Below are positions 36,636 through 48,434 of a stretch of DNA of 64,000 nucleotides, one piece after another (the first letter of the stretch is position 1; each line of letters begins with the position of its first letter). Under the pieces are notes generated by a model. That model did no database searches. It worked only from the letters and a program-made list of their open reading frames with translations, and was not told the DNA's origin. The stretch lies in NCBI GenBank assembly GCA_053919585.1, contig CM132814.1, one strand, 5' to 3'. A program made the position numbers and the translations under genes. The stretch is from Euprymna scolopes. Taxonomy: Eukaryota.

Positions 36636-37137
36636 AACTATTAGACGTATACATTCTACAAGCTAATACAAGGAAAAAACACACACACACACACTCTTCC
36701 CTACGTACCCACCTGGCCAAGTATAAACGCGGCCCTCACTTCCACCCAATTAATAATGAAAATAAAAAAATAAACGTAAAAATAAAAATAAATAAATAAA
36801 AAGTAGGAAGATTAGAAGAGAGAGTGGACAGCATAAGAAGGGTGGTTGTGGAACCCACCCAGTAAGAAATTTGGTCTTATTTACAGACATTCCATCTGCT
36901 CGGGAAACATGTAACCAAAATGGACAGTGAAAAAGCATTTATACATTCTGAACACATTTTAAATATATTTTAATTATTGTACACTTTGAATAATTTCTGA
37001 AGAGGACGCTAGACAGAACGTCTGGAACGCGTAAAAAGCTATTTTAATTCCAAAACATTGTAACAATGATCCAAATATGATACCTTTTTATATGAAAAAT
37101 CAAAAGACGGAATAATAAAATAATGTTAAAGAATACA
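36636..37137 (+). mobile_element. Hammerhead-bearing Penelope-type repeat, forward copy (continues 25360-25471)
   Basis: Reverse complement of 24254-24800; motif CTGAAGA-GGACG..CGTCT-GGAACGCGTA at 36997-37033 (GAAA changed to GGAA). Confidence 0.8.
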
Positions 37138-37498
37138 NNNNNNNNNNNNNNNNNNNNNNNNNNNNNNNNNNNNNNNNNNNNNNNNNNNNNNNNNNNNNNN
37201 NNNNNNNNNNNNNNNNNNNNNNNNNNNNNNNNNNNNNNNNNNNNNNNNNNNNNNNNNNNNNNNNNNNNNNNNNNNAAATAAACAGTGCAGTGTGAATGGT
37301 TTAATTTAGGGTGCATGTGTTTATACAATAATATTTAAAGATGTGATTAACAAGCGCCGATCTCAAAAGTAAGATAGTAAAATGCTGACCACCCACTCGA
37401 TTGTTGTAGTTTTTATTCCAGCTCGACATGAGTGGTGCACTGATGATTAAGCGAATCAGTCTAATTGTGTGTTATTATATATAAATATAAACTTCTTA

Positions 37499-37550
<52 letters not shown>

Positions 37551-37554
<4 letters not shown>

Positions 37555-37626
37555 ATTTATAAAATATATATGGCGATTAAGCTACACTGAATATTCGACG
37601 TTTCATCCACTCTAGGATTCCTCAGG
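37551..37626 (-). ncRNA. Hammerhead-like motif, same family as 10111-10240
   Basis: CTGAGGA-ATCC-tagagt-GGAT-GAAACGTC, with the same flank (..ACACTGAATATT, AGTAATTTATAAAATATATATG) as 10098-10173. Confidence 0.65.
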
Positions 37627-38265
37627 CTAATGCGCGAATTCTGTGGTTGTTTATCCTTTTTATATGGTACTCTTCTATTGAGGATTTAGTTAGCCAATCA
37701 GCTTTCTAGTATCCACTGCACCCCTTCCTATGAGCCAATGGCATGCATTTTATCGGACAAAGGATCTGTGTTAAAACTAGGTTAGTGTTTTTTNNNNNNN
37801 NNNNNNNNNNNNNNNNNNNNNNNNNNNNNNNNNNNNNNNNNNNNNNNNNNNNNNNNNNNNNNNNNNNNNNNNNNNNNNNNNNNNNNNNNNNNNNNNNNNN
37901 NNNNNNNNNNNNNNNNNNNNNNNNNNNNNNNNNNNNNNNNNNGTGATAAGAGAGTTTGGTAAACCAATATATATTTACTTGAAACAGATTTCTGCCCCAA
38001 GGAAAAAATTTTCAACAAATTTTTAACTGGAAAATTATTCTACCGAGAATTTTTGATATTAAACTATACAAATAAAGATACTAGAATAAAAACAAAATAT
38101 TTTTTTTACACTCAATCAGATGTGCCTTATGCACTAATAAATATGTAATTGGCATTTTTTGCACTTTTTAAAATTTTTGAGATTTATAAATTTCCCCATT
38201 ATAAAAAAAAAAAAATATAATATTGATTATAATTTTTGGGGGAGAGAACTGGAGCTACCTCATCG

Positions 38266-39229
38266 AAGCATTTTTTTAATAGCACATCCAGGATGAGATC
38301 GGAGCCACATGCTTTTGAGGGTTTAGGTTTCTTATGATACCTTGCACCTGAGAAGGGATGATTTTCAAACCATCTAGTGTGACGCCTGTCTGCAATGGAA
38401 AGTCAGGGAGGAAATGGTGTGCCGGGTAAAATGTGGAGTTAGAATCAAACTAACCGGCAAGCAGGTAAGCCTTCTCAGTTGTTGTGCAAACAACCTCATG
38501 ATTGTTTGCTAGTGGGGGAATCGTCGACTGTCCATTATTTACTACACTTGTAAATTTTCCAAAAAATCACGGGTTCCTAATTTCTGTGCTTCGATGCGTT
38601 CTCTGGTGGTTTTAGTGTATTCTGTCTTAGCGGTTGCTATTTCTCTCTTACAATTACTTCTAGCTTCTATGTACTTCTGTCTGTTTGAACTGAACTTATG
38701 TCCGTTTAATCTGCGGTACACATGCTGCCTTTGAACAATGGCAGCATCGCAAGTAGATGTAAACCATTGGATAGAGTGGTGCTTGCTATAGAATTTACAT
38801 GTGGGAACATATGCTTCAGTTGGTGTTTTGAACCATCCAGTGGTTTCATTTGCGTACTGTTCAGCTGGAAGAGAAAATATATTTCTCCATGGGGCATTTC
38901 TGATGTGATCCCTGCTGGATTTCCAGTTAGCCTTTTTATAATACCTCGTTGTATTGCGAAGTGTGTCTTCAGTTTTGGGTCGAGAATTAAGGGCGATTTC
39001 CACCATTATCAAAGCATGATCAGCATTCCCGAGTGGCGTGTGTACATTCGTTGTACAGTCATAGGGAACTGTAGTCAGAAATAGATTAAAATTGAGGCAT
39101 GTTGCTCGTGCTTGTCAGGGAAACGTGTCGGAAATGTAACCGTCTGTAATAGGGAATGAGATATAGAGAAGCTATGTGTTGTGCTACCAGCTACGCCTGT
39201 GTAATTAGATAGCCTAAACCAGTTACTGT
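38266..39229 (-). mobile_element. CR1/L2-group LINE fragment (APE end to RT start)
   Basis: Colinear with 42310-43270 (FPTRFPD, PLGNADHA, WFTSTCDAAI, KACGSDLI). Confidence 0.9.
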
Positions 39230-40769
39230 CTACCCGGTACTCACAACTAATCAGACAAAGTTCAGCCAGTCCAACTGTACCTGCATATATTGAACTGAAA
39301 ACTCCCAAGCGGCCAGTTTAGGGATATGGGATGAGTCGGGAGTGGGGACAACGGCGTTTGTTTCCCTAATTAGGAAACAAGGTCGACCACTGGGTGATTC
39401 TCTCGAGTCCCTGTGATAGCGCCGCTACACCTGGCTAATAGGTAAAGAAGGAGTATAAAGCCGGGCAATAGACAGACACTATCCCCTACTTAAGCAGTTT
39501 AGGTTTGCCAACCGGTAAGGTGTTTGTCACCAGCTCTAGGAAGGTTGTCGTCCAAGCATGAAGAGGCCTCCCTCTCTTAGGTTTAACTTCAGTTTTCCTT
39601 TAGACGGATGTCCTGGGAAGATCTACAGGTTCATCAGCACCGAAAAGGTTTGTCCCGGTTTTGGGTCCTAAGCCACGAATTTCTGCGACCCCGCATGGGT
39701 AGTTAATTTTTATTGGTTATTTAGTAGGTTATATATCTACTGGAAAGTTACACTCTTCGAAGTTATTAAAAAAAAACATTGCTATGCTTTCATGCATGGA
39801 AACAACTAAATTTGAGACAGGACGAAAGAGAGAGAGAGAGAGAAAGAGAGAGATAAGTTAATGTGTGGTTTAATTGTGAGTAGGTTTAATTCTCCAGTGT
39901 GAATGCGGTATCATGGTGAATTGCGCCACACAAGAATATTCTTCAAAGTTCATGGGATCGTTCAGGAAAACTCTTCCTCCATACTTCCTCTAAATTATTC
40001 AATACACTTACGGTAGATTCATGTTTTATTTAATGTGTAGGAAACAGATTCGCGAGCAGATGACTTTTTGGGAACACATCGGTTTTCTTAAAATTTTATT
40101 TCGGTTGGTTTTATTATATATTGCAAAGGTCTTTTAAAATATACTAAATGTTTACTTTTACTACAACAGGATAACGAACAATAAAATTTGTTTTTTAGAG
40201 GTTTTCGGTGTCGCTGACATAATCAAGCCCATTGCAAACTTACCGTTTGCATGGTATTAATCTATGAACCCTCGCATTAATTTTTGGCATATCACCGTCT
40301 TCGTTTATGTTCTACTCACATGGTGCATTTGCGCGTGCCAAGCGTAGAAAAGTGACTTGTCACATCGCGGGATAATTTTTAGTAGACATTTTAAATAACA
40401 AGAAAGTTTTTAAAAACAAAAAAAGTTGGTCCATTTTTCCCTTTTACGTATATTTTATCCTTTTAATACCGTGGTATCTTTAAGGGAATGTACACGAACA
40501 CACACATATATGATGTTTATTTGGGCAGTCTTTCGGTTTAGGCTGGAATACTCGAAAGTAAGTCCGATCATGTTAGAAGGGTAACACAAGTATTTACAAC
40601 GTCAAATCACGAAATTACGAATTATTATGTTTAAAACATTAAATAAAAAAAAAATTAAATATTATTTCATAAAAATATTTAAAGAATTATTTTAATATGT
40701 GGCCGACGTACACAATTGCTACCCTACTAGACAAATACGTATTGCCTCCAATGTTGAACGTTGGTCAAT

Positions 40770-43760
40770 TGAGGGAGACAACATTATTTTTTTGATTCAA
40801 TTTTCACCCCAAACAAGGCACAGTGCCACTTTGAAGCAGGGGGCTACTATTAGGGAATCAATTAGTGGGGTCATTATGAAGGGAGATGAGTAGAAAGATG
40901 TTTGTTAACATTACACTTGAATTTCTGCATATCATTGCAGTTGGGAAAGCAGAATCCCGGAAGGGAGTTCCAAAGACCCGTAGTTCTGGGGAATAAACTA
41001 TTGGAGTAAAAGGCTTTCTTGCACCTAGGGATCTCCACTGTAAAGGGATGAGACTTAGTAGCTTGTCAGGTTTGTCGGGGGTAGTTACGTCGGGGAGGTA
41101 CAAGTGTTTGCAGTTCGTCAGAGCATTCACCATTAAAGTATTTGTAGAAACAGGCAGAGGGAGGCAACATCTCGTCGATGGGACAGAGGTTGAAGCCTAG
41201 ATGACAGTTTAGGACCTATCAGGTTGGCGACTCTTTTTTGAACCCTGTCCAGGAGCGAGAGACAAACAGCAGATGCACCAGCTCAGATGTGACAACAGTA
41301 CTCCATACATGGGCGAATGGTTGCCTTATAAAGGTATAGGATACTGGCAGGCGTAAGTAGTTTTCTAGCACGGTAGAGGGAGCCAACCTTCCTTGCAGCA
41401 GCCTTGGCAATGCTCTCAATGTATCTATTCCAGTTCATATTCCCTGTAAACGTTAGCCCGAGGAGTTTAAAAGAAGTACTTTCAGGCAATGCGTTCTTGG
41501 TCATTGCTATTGGTGGTAGAGAAGGTTTATTGTAGTTATTGAAGGAAACAAGCTTAGTCTTAGCAGCATTGAATGAGACCAACCATTTTTGTCCCCATTC
41601 CACTACGGATTGGAGGTCATCCTCTAGTGTTTCTGACATTTCCTTGGATATGTGTGCATTTGTTTTCCCCTCATATCTGTTATAGAGAGTGGTGTCATCG
41701 GCAAATATACCCATCTCACAAACAATATTATCAGGGAGGTCGTTTATGAATGTAAGGAACAATAGAGGTCCAAGGATAGACCCCTGAGACACTCCCGCAT
41801 TTATGTTATATTGCTTGGATGTACGTCTGTCGAGGACAACTTTGATTTTTCTATTACTTAAGAAGGATTTAATTACGTTATGAATTCTTCCAGTGATTCC
41901 CTATTATCTAATTTTCCTTAGAAGACCATCGTGCCATACCCTGTCAAAAGCCTTAGATATATCAAGGACCACCGCTCTACCCTCCCCTGTTTTATCCAAT
42001 GAACGGTATATACGTTCAGAAACTACAGTTAATATATCTGCGGTTGAACGGGCTTGCCTGAATCCATATTGTTTGTCAGTCGGGAGTTAGCAGCTGTTAG
42101 GTGCTGGACAAGGACTTGATTAACTAAGGACTCAAATATTTTGGCGAAAAGTGGGAGGAGGCTAATGGGGCGATAATTTAGTGGGTCAGTTCTTTTACCA
42201 GAATTCTTGAAGACTAGTACCACAGAGGCTGTTTTCCAGCAGTCGGGAAAACAAGATTCGTTAAGGCATTTATTGTAAAGTTTGGAGAGAACTGGAGCAA
42301 CCTCGGCAGAGCATTTTTTTAATAGCACAGCCGGGATGAGATCTGGTCCACATGCTTTTGAAGTGTCTAGGTTTTTTATAATAGCATGTACCTGAGAAGG
42401 GGCGATTTTAAAATCGCAAGTGTGGCGTCTGTTCGCAGAGGAAAATCAGGGAGTGAGTGGTGTACCGAGTTCAGTGTGGAGTTTGAGGCAAACCGACTGG
42501 CAAGCAGATTAGTCTTGTCAGTTGCCGTGCAAGCAACCTCATGATTGTTTGTTAGTGGGGGAATAATTGACTGTCCATTATTAACTACGCTGTTGTAGAT
42601 TTTCCAAAAATCCCGGGTTCCTAATTTCTGTGCTTCGATGCGCTTTCTGGTGGTTTCAGAGTAATTTTACTTAGCTGTGTCCATCACTCTCTTACAATTA
42701 TTTCTAGCTTCTATGTACTTCTGTTTGTTTGAGCTGGACTTATGTCGGTTGATTCTGCGGAACGCATGCTGCCTTTGACAAATGGCAGCTGCACAAGCAG
42801 AAGTAAACCATTGGGGAGAGTGGGGCTTTCTATAGTATTTCCGTGCGGGAACATGTGCTTCAATAGCAGTTTTGAACCATTCAGTTGTCTGATTTGCACA
42901 CTGTTCCGCTGGAAGAGTAAATATATTTCTCCATGGGGCATCTCTGATGAGCTCCCTGATGGCTTCCCAATCACCCTTTTTGTAATACCTCGTTGTTTTG
43001 AGTAGTGGGTCTTCAGTTTTTGGGCGAGAATTTAGGCTGATTTCTACCATTATCACAGCGTGATCAGCATTCCCGAGTGGGCTGTGGGCATTTATTGTAC
43101 AGTCATTGGGAACCGTTGTCACAAAGAGATCTAGAAGTGAGGCGTGTTGATCGTGCTGGTCTGGGAAACGTGTCGGAAATGTAACCAATTGAGATAGGGA
43201 ATGAGATATAGAGAAGCTATGTTTTGCGCTGCCAACTACGTCTGTGTGATTTGAGAATCCTAGCCAGTTACTGTGGTGGACATTGTAATCACCAAATACA
43301 TGTATTTGTGCGCTAGTATCGAGGGAGAGTGCTATATCTATGCTGTCTGAGACTTTGTTTATTAGGGTACAGTCTTGGTTTGAGTGAGAGCGGTAGAGAA
43401 AATACAAGTAGCTAATATTGTGTTGCATATTTAGTCTGAAGCACATACAGGCCTGGCCCTCTGATTCTAGTTTTCTTTCTCTAGTTAGGGGGAGGGTGTT
43501 TCGAATATAGACTCCAAGTCCATGCATATGTCTGTCCGAGTCCTTACGGTAGAGTGGGAGATAACCAGGCATATTAAAGTGGTTAGAGGGAATGGAGGAG
43601 TGAAGGTTAGTTTCACTTAATGCTAAGATATCCGGGGTGTTTACAAGGAGAAATGACTCAACATCATCTAAGTTAGTTCAAAGCCCGTGGATATTAGTAA
43701 ATGCAGGCCTCAAGGGAGAAGGCAGGTTGGTTTTCTTTGAGTTTGGTCCTGGTTTAAACG
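40770..43760 (-). mobile_element. CR1/L2-group LINE ORF2 (APE + RT), degraded
   Basis: FTNIHGL..PDILALSET, GDYNVHH, NYRPISLL, LDISKAFDRVWH, QGSILGPLLFL.FINDL, FADD, YKATIRPCMEYC. Confidence 0.95.
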
Positions 43761-43970
43761 TAACTTTTGCTTGAGCTGTCATTTCATTTTATTTTATTTA
43801 AAAGTTACTTTTGCTTGAGCTGTCATTTCATCAGTTACTTTTGCTTGAGGGTTCATTTCATTTTATTTTATTTAAAAGTTACTTTTATGTTATTTTTACA
43901 AGGAAAAAAATGCGTTATTTTTACAAGGAAAAAATGCGTTTATGTTATTGTTACAAGGAAAAAATGCGTG
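43760..43970. repeat. Short tandem repeats
   Basis: GTTACTTTTGCTTGAGCTGTCATTTCA x3-4 and TTACAAGGAAAAAATGCGT x3. Confidence 0.8.
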
Positions 43971-45032
43971 TTACCTAACCTTTTGGGGGAATTTATTTAT
44001 TTTGGCTTGAAATATTCGCATGATTTAACTTGTTTTTTATTGTCTTGTTGTTTTTTGTTGGATAGATACTGGTTTTGTCGGAATTTATTTAAATATTAAC
44101 AGAAAAATGGGCGAAAAAAAATTCACTTTTTTTGCCGGATTTAATAAACAAACTAAATGAAAGCAAAACAACACCGATCAAAAATTTGGTGCTTATGCCC
44201 CTAACAGTTATGAAATTCTAAGGTGAAAGTACCCGCGCTATTTTTGAATAGTATTTTCAAGTTTAATTGTAGTTTTACGATTGGATTTTATTTAATTGTT
44301 AGGTGAAAGTAAATAATAGTTACACAGCACCCTCCTCTCATATATTTTATATTTGGGAGGGGGTGGCATATTATTTGACCGGAGTTTATGTAATTATTAA
44401 CAGGAAAACTGATGAAAAAAACATTACTTTTTTCATTTGGTTGGATTTAATAAACAAAGAAAATGAAAGCAAAGTCAAAACAGAAAAACCTAAAATTTGG
44501 TGCTTATGCAATTATGTTACCGTTATTTTTTAATGGTTTCATGTCTACCCCAATGTGTGGAGAGTTTGTAATTGTTTTTAAATATTTGTAACTTGGCTCC
44601 ATTCTCCCCCGGCACCAAAATTGGACAATGCTGACAGTTACAAGTCCGCTACCACTGAAATTTCGACCCTATCCACCTAAATTTCCCGGTAAAATATATA
44701 TTGGGGTCACTGCATAGAATCCCCCCCCCACTGCTGCTAATAAACACAGTAGCGGATAGGGATTTCACACATACTTTCACTTTACAATTTAATAAGAACA
44801 GGTATCCTAAACTTTCATTAAAATTGAAAGTACACATTTAAAAATAGCGCGGATCAACAAGTGCACTAGCACCAAATAACACTTCACTGTGTTTCGGTCT
44901 ACAACAATCCATGAAAAATACGTACACGCTAAATTGAGCTGATCATATTCATTAAACACACACAATAATATACAGCTTTATCAGTTGTCGACAAAAAGTT
45001 GCATTTATATAATAGTATAGATGTAGATATAG

Positions 45033-45094
<62 letters not shown>

Positions 45095-45405
45095 GAGAGA
45101 GAGAGTATATATAAACATCTTGCCTTTTTCGTTGCTCACCTCTCCCTCTTCCTTTATCATCCTTCCCCTCTCTCCCTCTTTCTCTATTTAATTCTAGCAA
45201 GCATTCAGCTGTACGTTGTTATAGAAATAAAGATTAGTAGACGTAATAATAGTTTTAGCAGACATTTAACTGTTACGTTATGGTATTATTAATAGCCGCT
45301 CGGTTGGAAAATTCTTAAGGAACGATTTTTAAAAAGATATGCTTAAATCGACATTAAATCAAATTATATAAAATAAGATATGAAACGAAACAGAAGAACA
45401 TGGAG

Positions 45406-45406
<1 letters not shown>

Positions 45407-45464
<58 letters not shown>

Positions 45465-47130
45465 CGGCTCACATGGAGCTTTCACACAAGTCAACAAACG
45501 ATCTGATTGGAAACCTGTGGTGTTCTCTGGAAGCTGAGTGACAACAAGGCTCCCCAGACATTCAGCTCTCTCCACCTCCTTCGATAGAATTTGCAAATGA
45601 ATTTGCATCATCGCAACAGCCGCTTACCATTGATTTCTCGCTGATAGTTGTCATTGGTTTATACTGGGATTTGAGTGGCACTCAGCCTCCCCAAGTCCCC
45701 AGTACTCCTCGCGCTTTTCTAACCGAGGTCTGGTTGGCGCTCGCTCCTCGGTCATTCAGTCCTTATTGATCCTTCTCGCCCCTTACGCATAATTTTTTTT
45801 TGGGGGGGGCGGTCGGTGATGAAACAATGGGGGGATGCATGATGGGGTGTGTAGAACTTGTAAATATGCAGTTTCGGTGTCCTTCATTCCCTGTAACGCT
45901 TGTTCGTTATATTGTCTTGTATTATTCTCCGCATTCAAGGGGTTTCCTTAATATTTCAGTCGTTTTCATTATCGTTAGTCGTTGTACTTTTGCAGTTATT
46001 TTCTGATTCCAATTTCTGACTTTTTTTTTTGGGAAGTTTTTTGGAATTGTTTCTAGTGCTCTTACTATTATCGGTACTATTTCGATTTTCTTCATCGTCC
46101 AAATCCCTTTTAACTCTCTGGCTAGCTATGTGTATTTGCTTCGTTTCTCCTTTTCTTTCATACTCACCCTGTGATCAGCTGGGACTGCAAAGTCCACGAT
46201 TTGACATGGTTTTTCTTTCTTGTTAATTATTACGACATCTGGTCTTCTTACTTGGATGGGGTTGTCCGTCTGTATGTTCATGTCCCATAGGATGTTGTGG
46301 TTCTCGTTTTCGAGTGATGTTGCAGATTTATGCTTGTGCCATTTGTCTGTACGTTCAAAATGCAGTCGTTTACACAATTCCCAGTGTACCGCCTCCTCAC
46401 TTGGTCATGCCTGTTTTTGTATTCCTTTTGGGCTAGTTTGCTGTATTCACTTGCCATATGGTTTATTCGTTTCTTTGTCCGCATAGTCTGCATTTGCTGT
46501 TTTCTTGCGTTTTATCGACCCTTGCTTTGATATGGTTGGTTCTTATCGAGTTATCTTGTGCTGCAGTTATTAGAGTCAGTTTCTCGGTTTATATGTCTTT
46601 TCGCATCCATGTCGAGGTGTTTCCATAATTCTCATCTTTTGTCAATCTTATGAATCTTCCGTGGAGGTGTTTCTCTTTCCATTTCTCTTTTCTCGTTTTG
46701 TCGTTTGTCTCTGTGTGTTCTGTTTTGTTTTTTACAGTGTGTCTCGCTGCCATAATTATCCTTTCCGGGTTTTGCATTATGTATTTTTCAAGACTTTTGT
46801 CGTGTCCTTCACACAGACTTCTATACAGATCAGTCCCCTCCCACCGTCTTTCCTTTTTCACGTAGTGTATGTCAATATCGTATTTTGGGTGTAGTGCATT
46901 ATGCATGGTCATCAGTTTCCTGGTTTTCTGGTCGAGTTCTCTCAGTTATTCTTTTGTCCACCCTATAAACAGTCCAGACTATCTTACTAGTTATACTCCC
47001 CATGTATTAATACGTTTTATTAGGTTTCTACAATATACTTTATTTTCCAGGAGTTTTCTTGTTCTCCTGAGTTATTCCTTTCTCTTTCATTTCTTCTTCT
47101 TATTATTATTATTACAAAGGAATGCGTTAG
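45407..47130 (-). mobile_element. 5'-truncated R4/Dong-type LINE ending in (TAA)n
   Basis: KWKEKHLHGRF, LAQKEYKNRHD, ILWDMNIQTD..RRPDVVII..IVDFAVPAD..KEKEK..KY; (TAA)n array at 45407-45463 at the 3' end and a short TAA run at 47100. Confidence 0.88.
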
Positions 47131-47718
47131 ATATTTGGCGAGGACATTAAAAAAAATGTTTTTTTTCAAGCAGTAACCACGCCATCATTATTCAATTGTA
47201 GTCTGCATGTAATATTTTGTTTGCCGAACAGTTACTTACACATATTTATATAGAAAGAGGATTGTTTACATGAAAATATATTAGGTTACAACTTTTTCCC
47301 CTCAAATTTTCCGCAAGTATAAATCATATCGCATATCTTAATTAATATAATTGCATGCAATACTTAAGTAATGGCTGCCATCCCATTAACCCGGAAAAAG
47401 ACAAATAGGGAATTAATTAAAATGAATGTTTGAAAGAATATGAAAATTAGCTTGATATTTTGCACTTGAATGCAATTCTACAACCCGTATATAATATACT
47501 GGAATTTTCTTTTTAAATAAAATAAAACAAAGGTGTTTCTATAAATATAAATTCACGCACACACTAAATTGAATTCAAACGATGACAGATATATAATATG
47601 TTCGACTATACCAAAATTGTTGACCACATATGTCCATATATGTCTGCAGAGACCTCCAGTTGCGGATCTTACGTTGTTAGGCAGGTCGGACGAGAGTCAC
47701 TTTACATATCTCAGTAGA

Positions 47719-47830
47719 AGCCAGATAGCGTAAAGGTGCTAGTGGCTGACTGTCGACTAGGCGGTCTAGTTTCAATCCTTATTTGAAGTTGTTGCTAGTA
47801 ATGCCGCACTTATGAGCTGTGTTACAACGA
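47719..47830 (+). mobile_element. Possible tRNA-derived SINE head, degenerate
   Basis: A-box-like TAGCGTAAAGG and B-box-like GTTTCAATCC at tRNA-like spacing; no full cloverleaf. Confidence 0.35.
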
Positions 47831-47852
47831 AAATATACTGTATGTGGATAGC

Positions 47853-47919
<67 letters not shown>

Positions 47920-48434
47920 AGTGAAGACTTTGCGTAGAACCAACCTACAGTATTTGGTATTACTGTTACCCTTTCTCGTTGCAGATGACTGTCGCAAGTG
48001 TATGCAGTAGATCGCAGTTTTTATATCAGAGTTTCTTTTTCCTAGATGCATGTCTAACGTTACGAGGACCGATGTGTCAACGTGATGGTTGCTGTAATAT
48101 ATATGTAAACAAAATAAATTTTAGGTTTAACCTGATAATCTCTATGAAATGTTATCATTGTACGGAGACACAAATAACTGTTAAGAAAACTTTAGTGTCG
48201 CTACCATTTTTTTATTTTAGTTGTTTATTTTTTTGTATTCTCTGCAGGCTTAAAAACTATAATGTTATTTTATTTTAACCGATTATTTTTCGATCGTCGG
48301 TTTCGATTGCTTTATAAATAAACAAAAATAGAAAATCTAGTTCTAGATATGTAAGGTGCAGATTACTTCCCATTTTTTCTTACTTTTAATCATGCATATA
48401 CAAAACATGCCCTGGCTTGAAAATTGCAAAAAAA

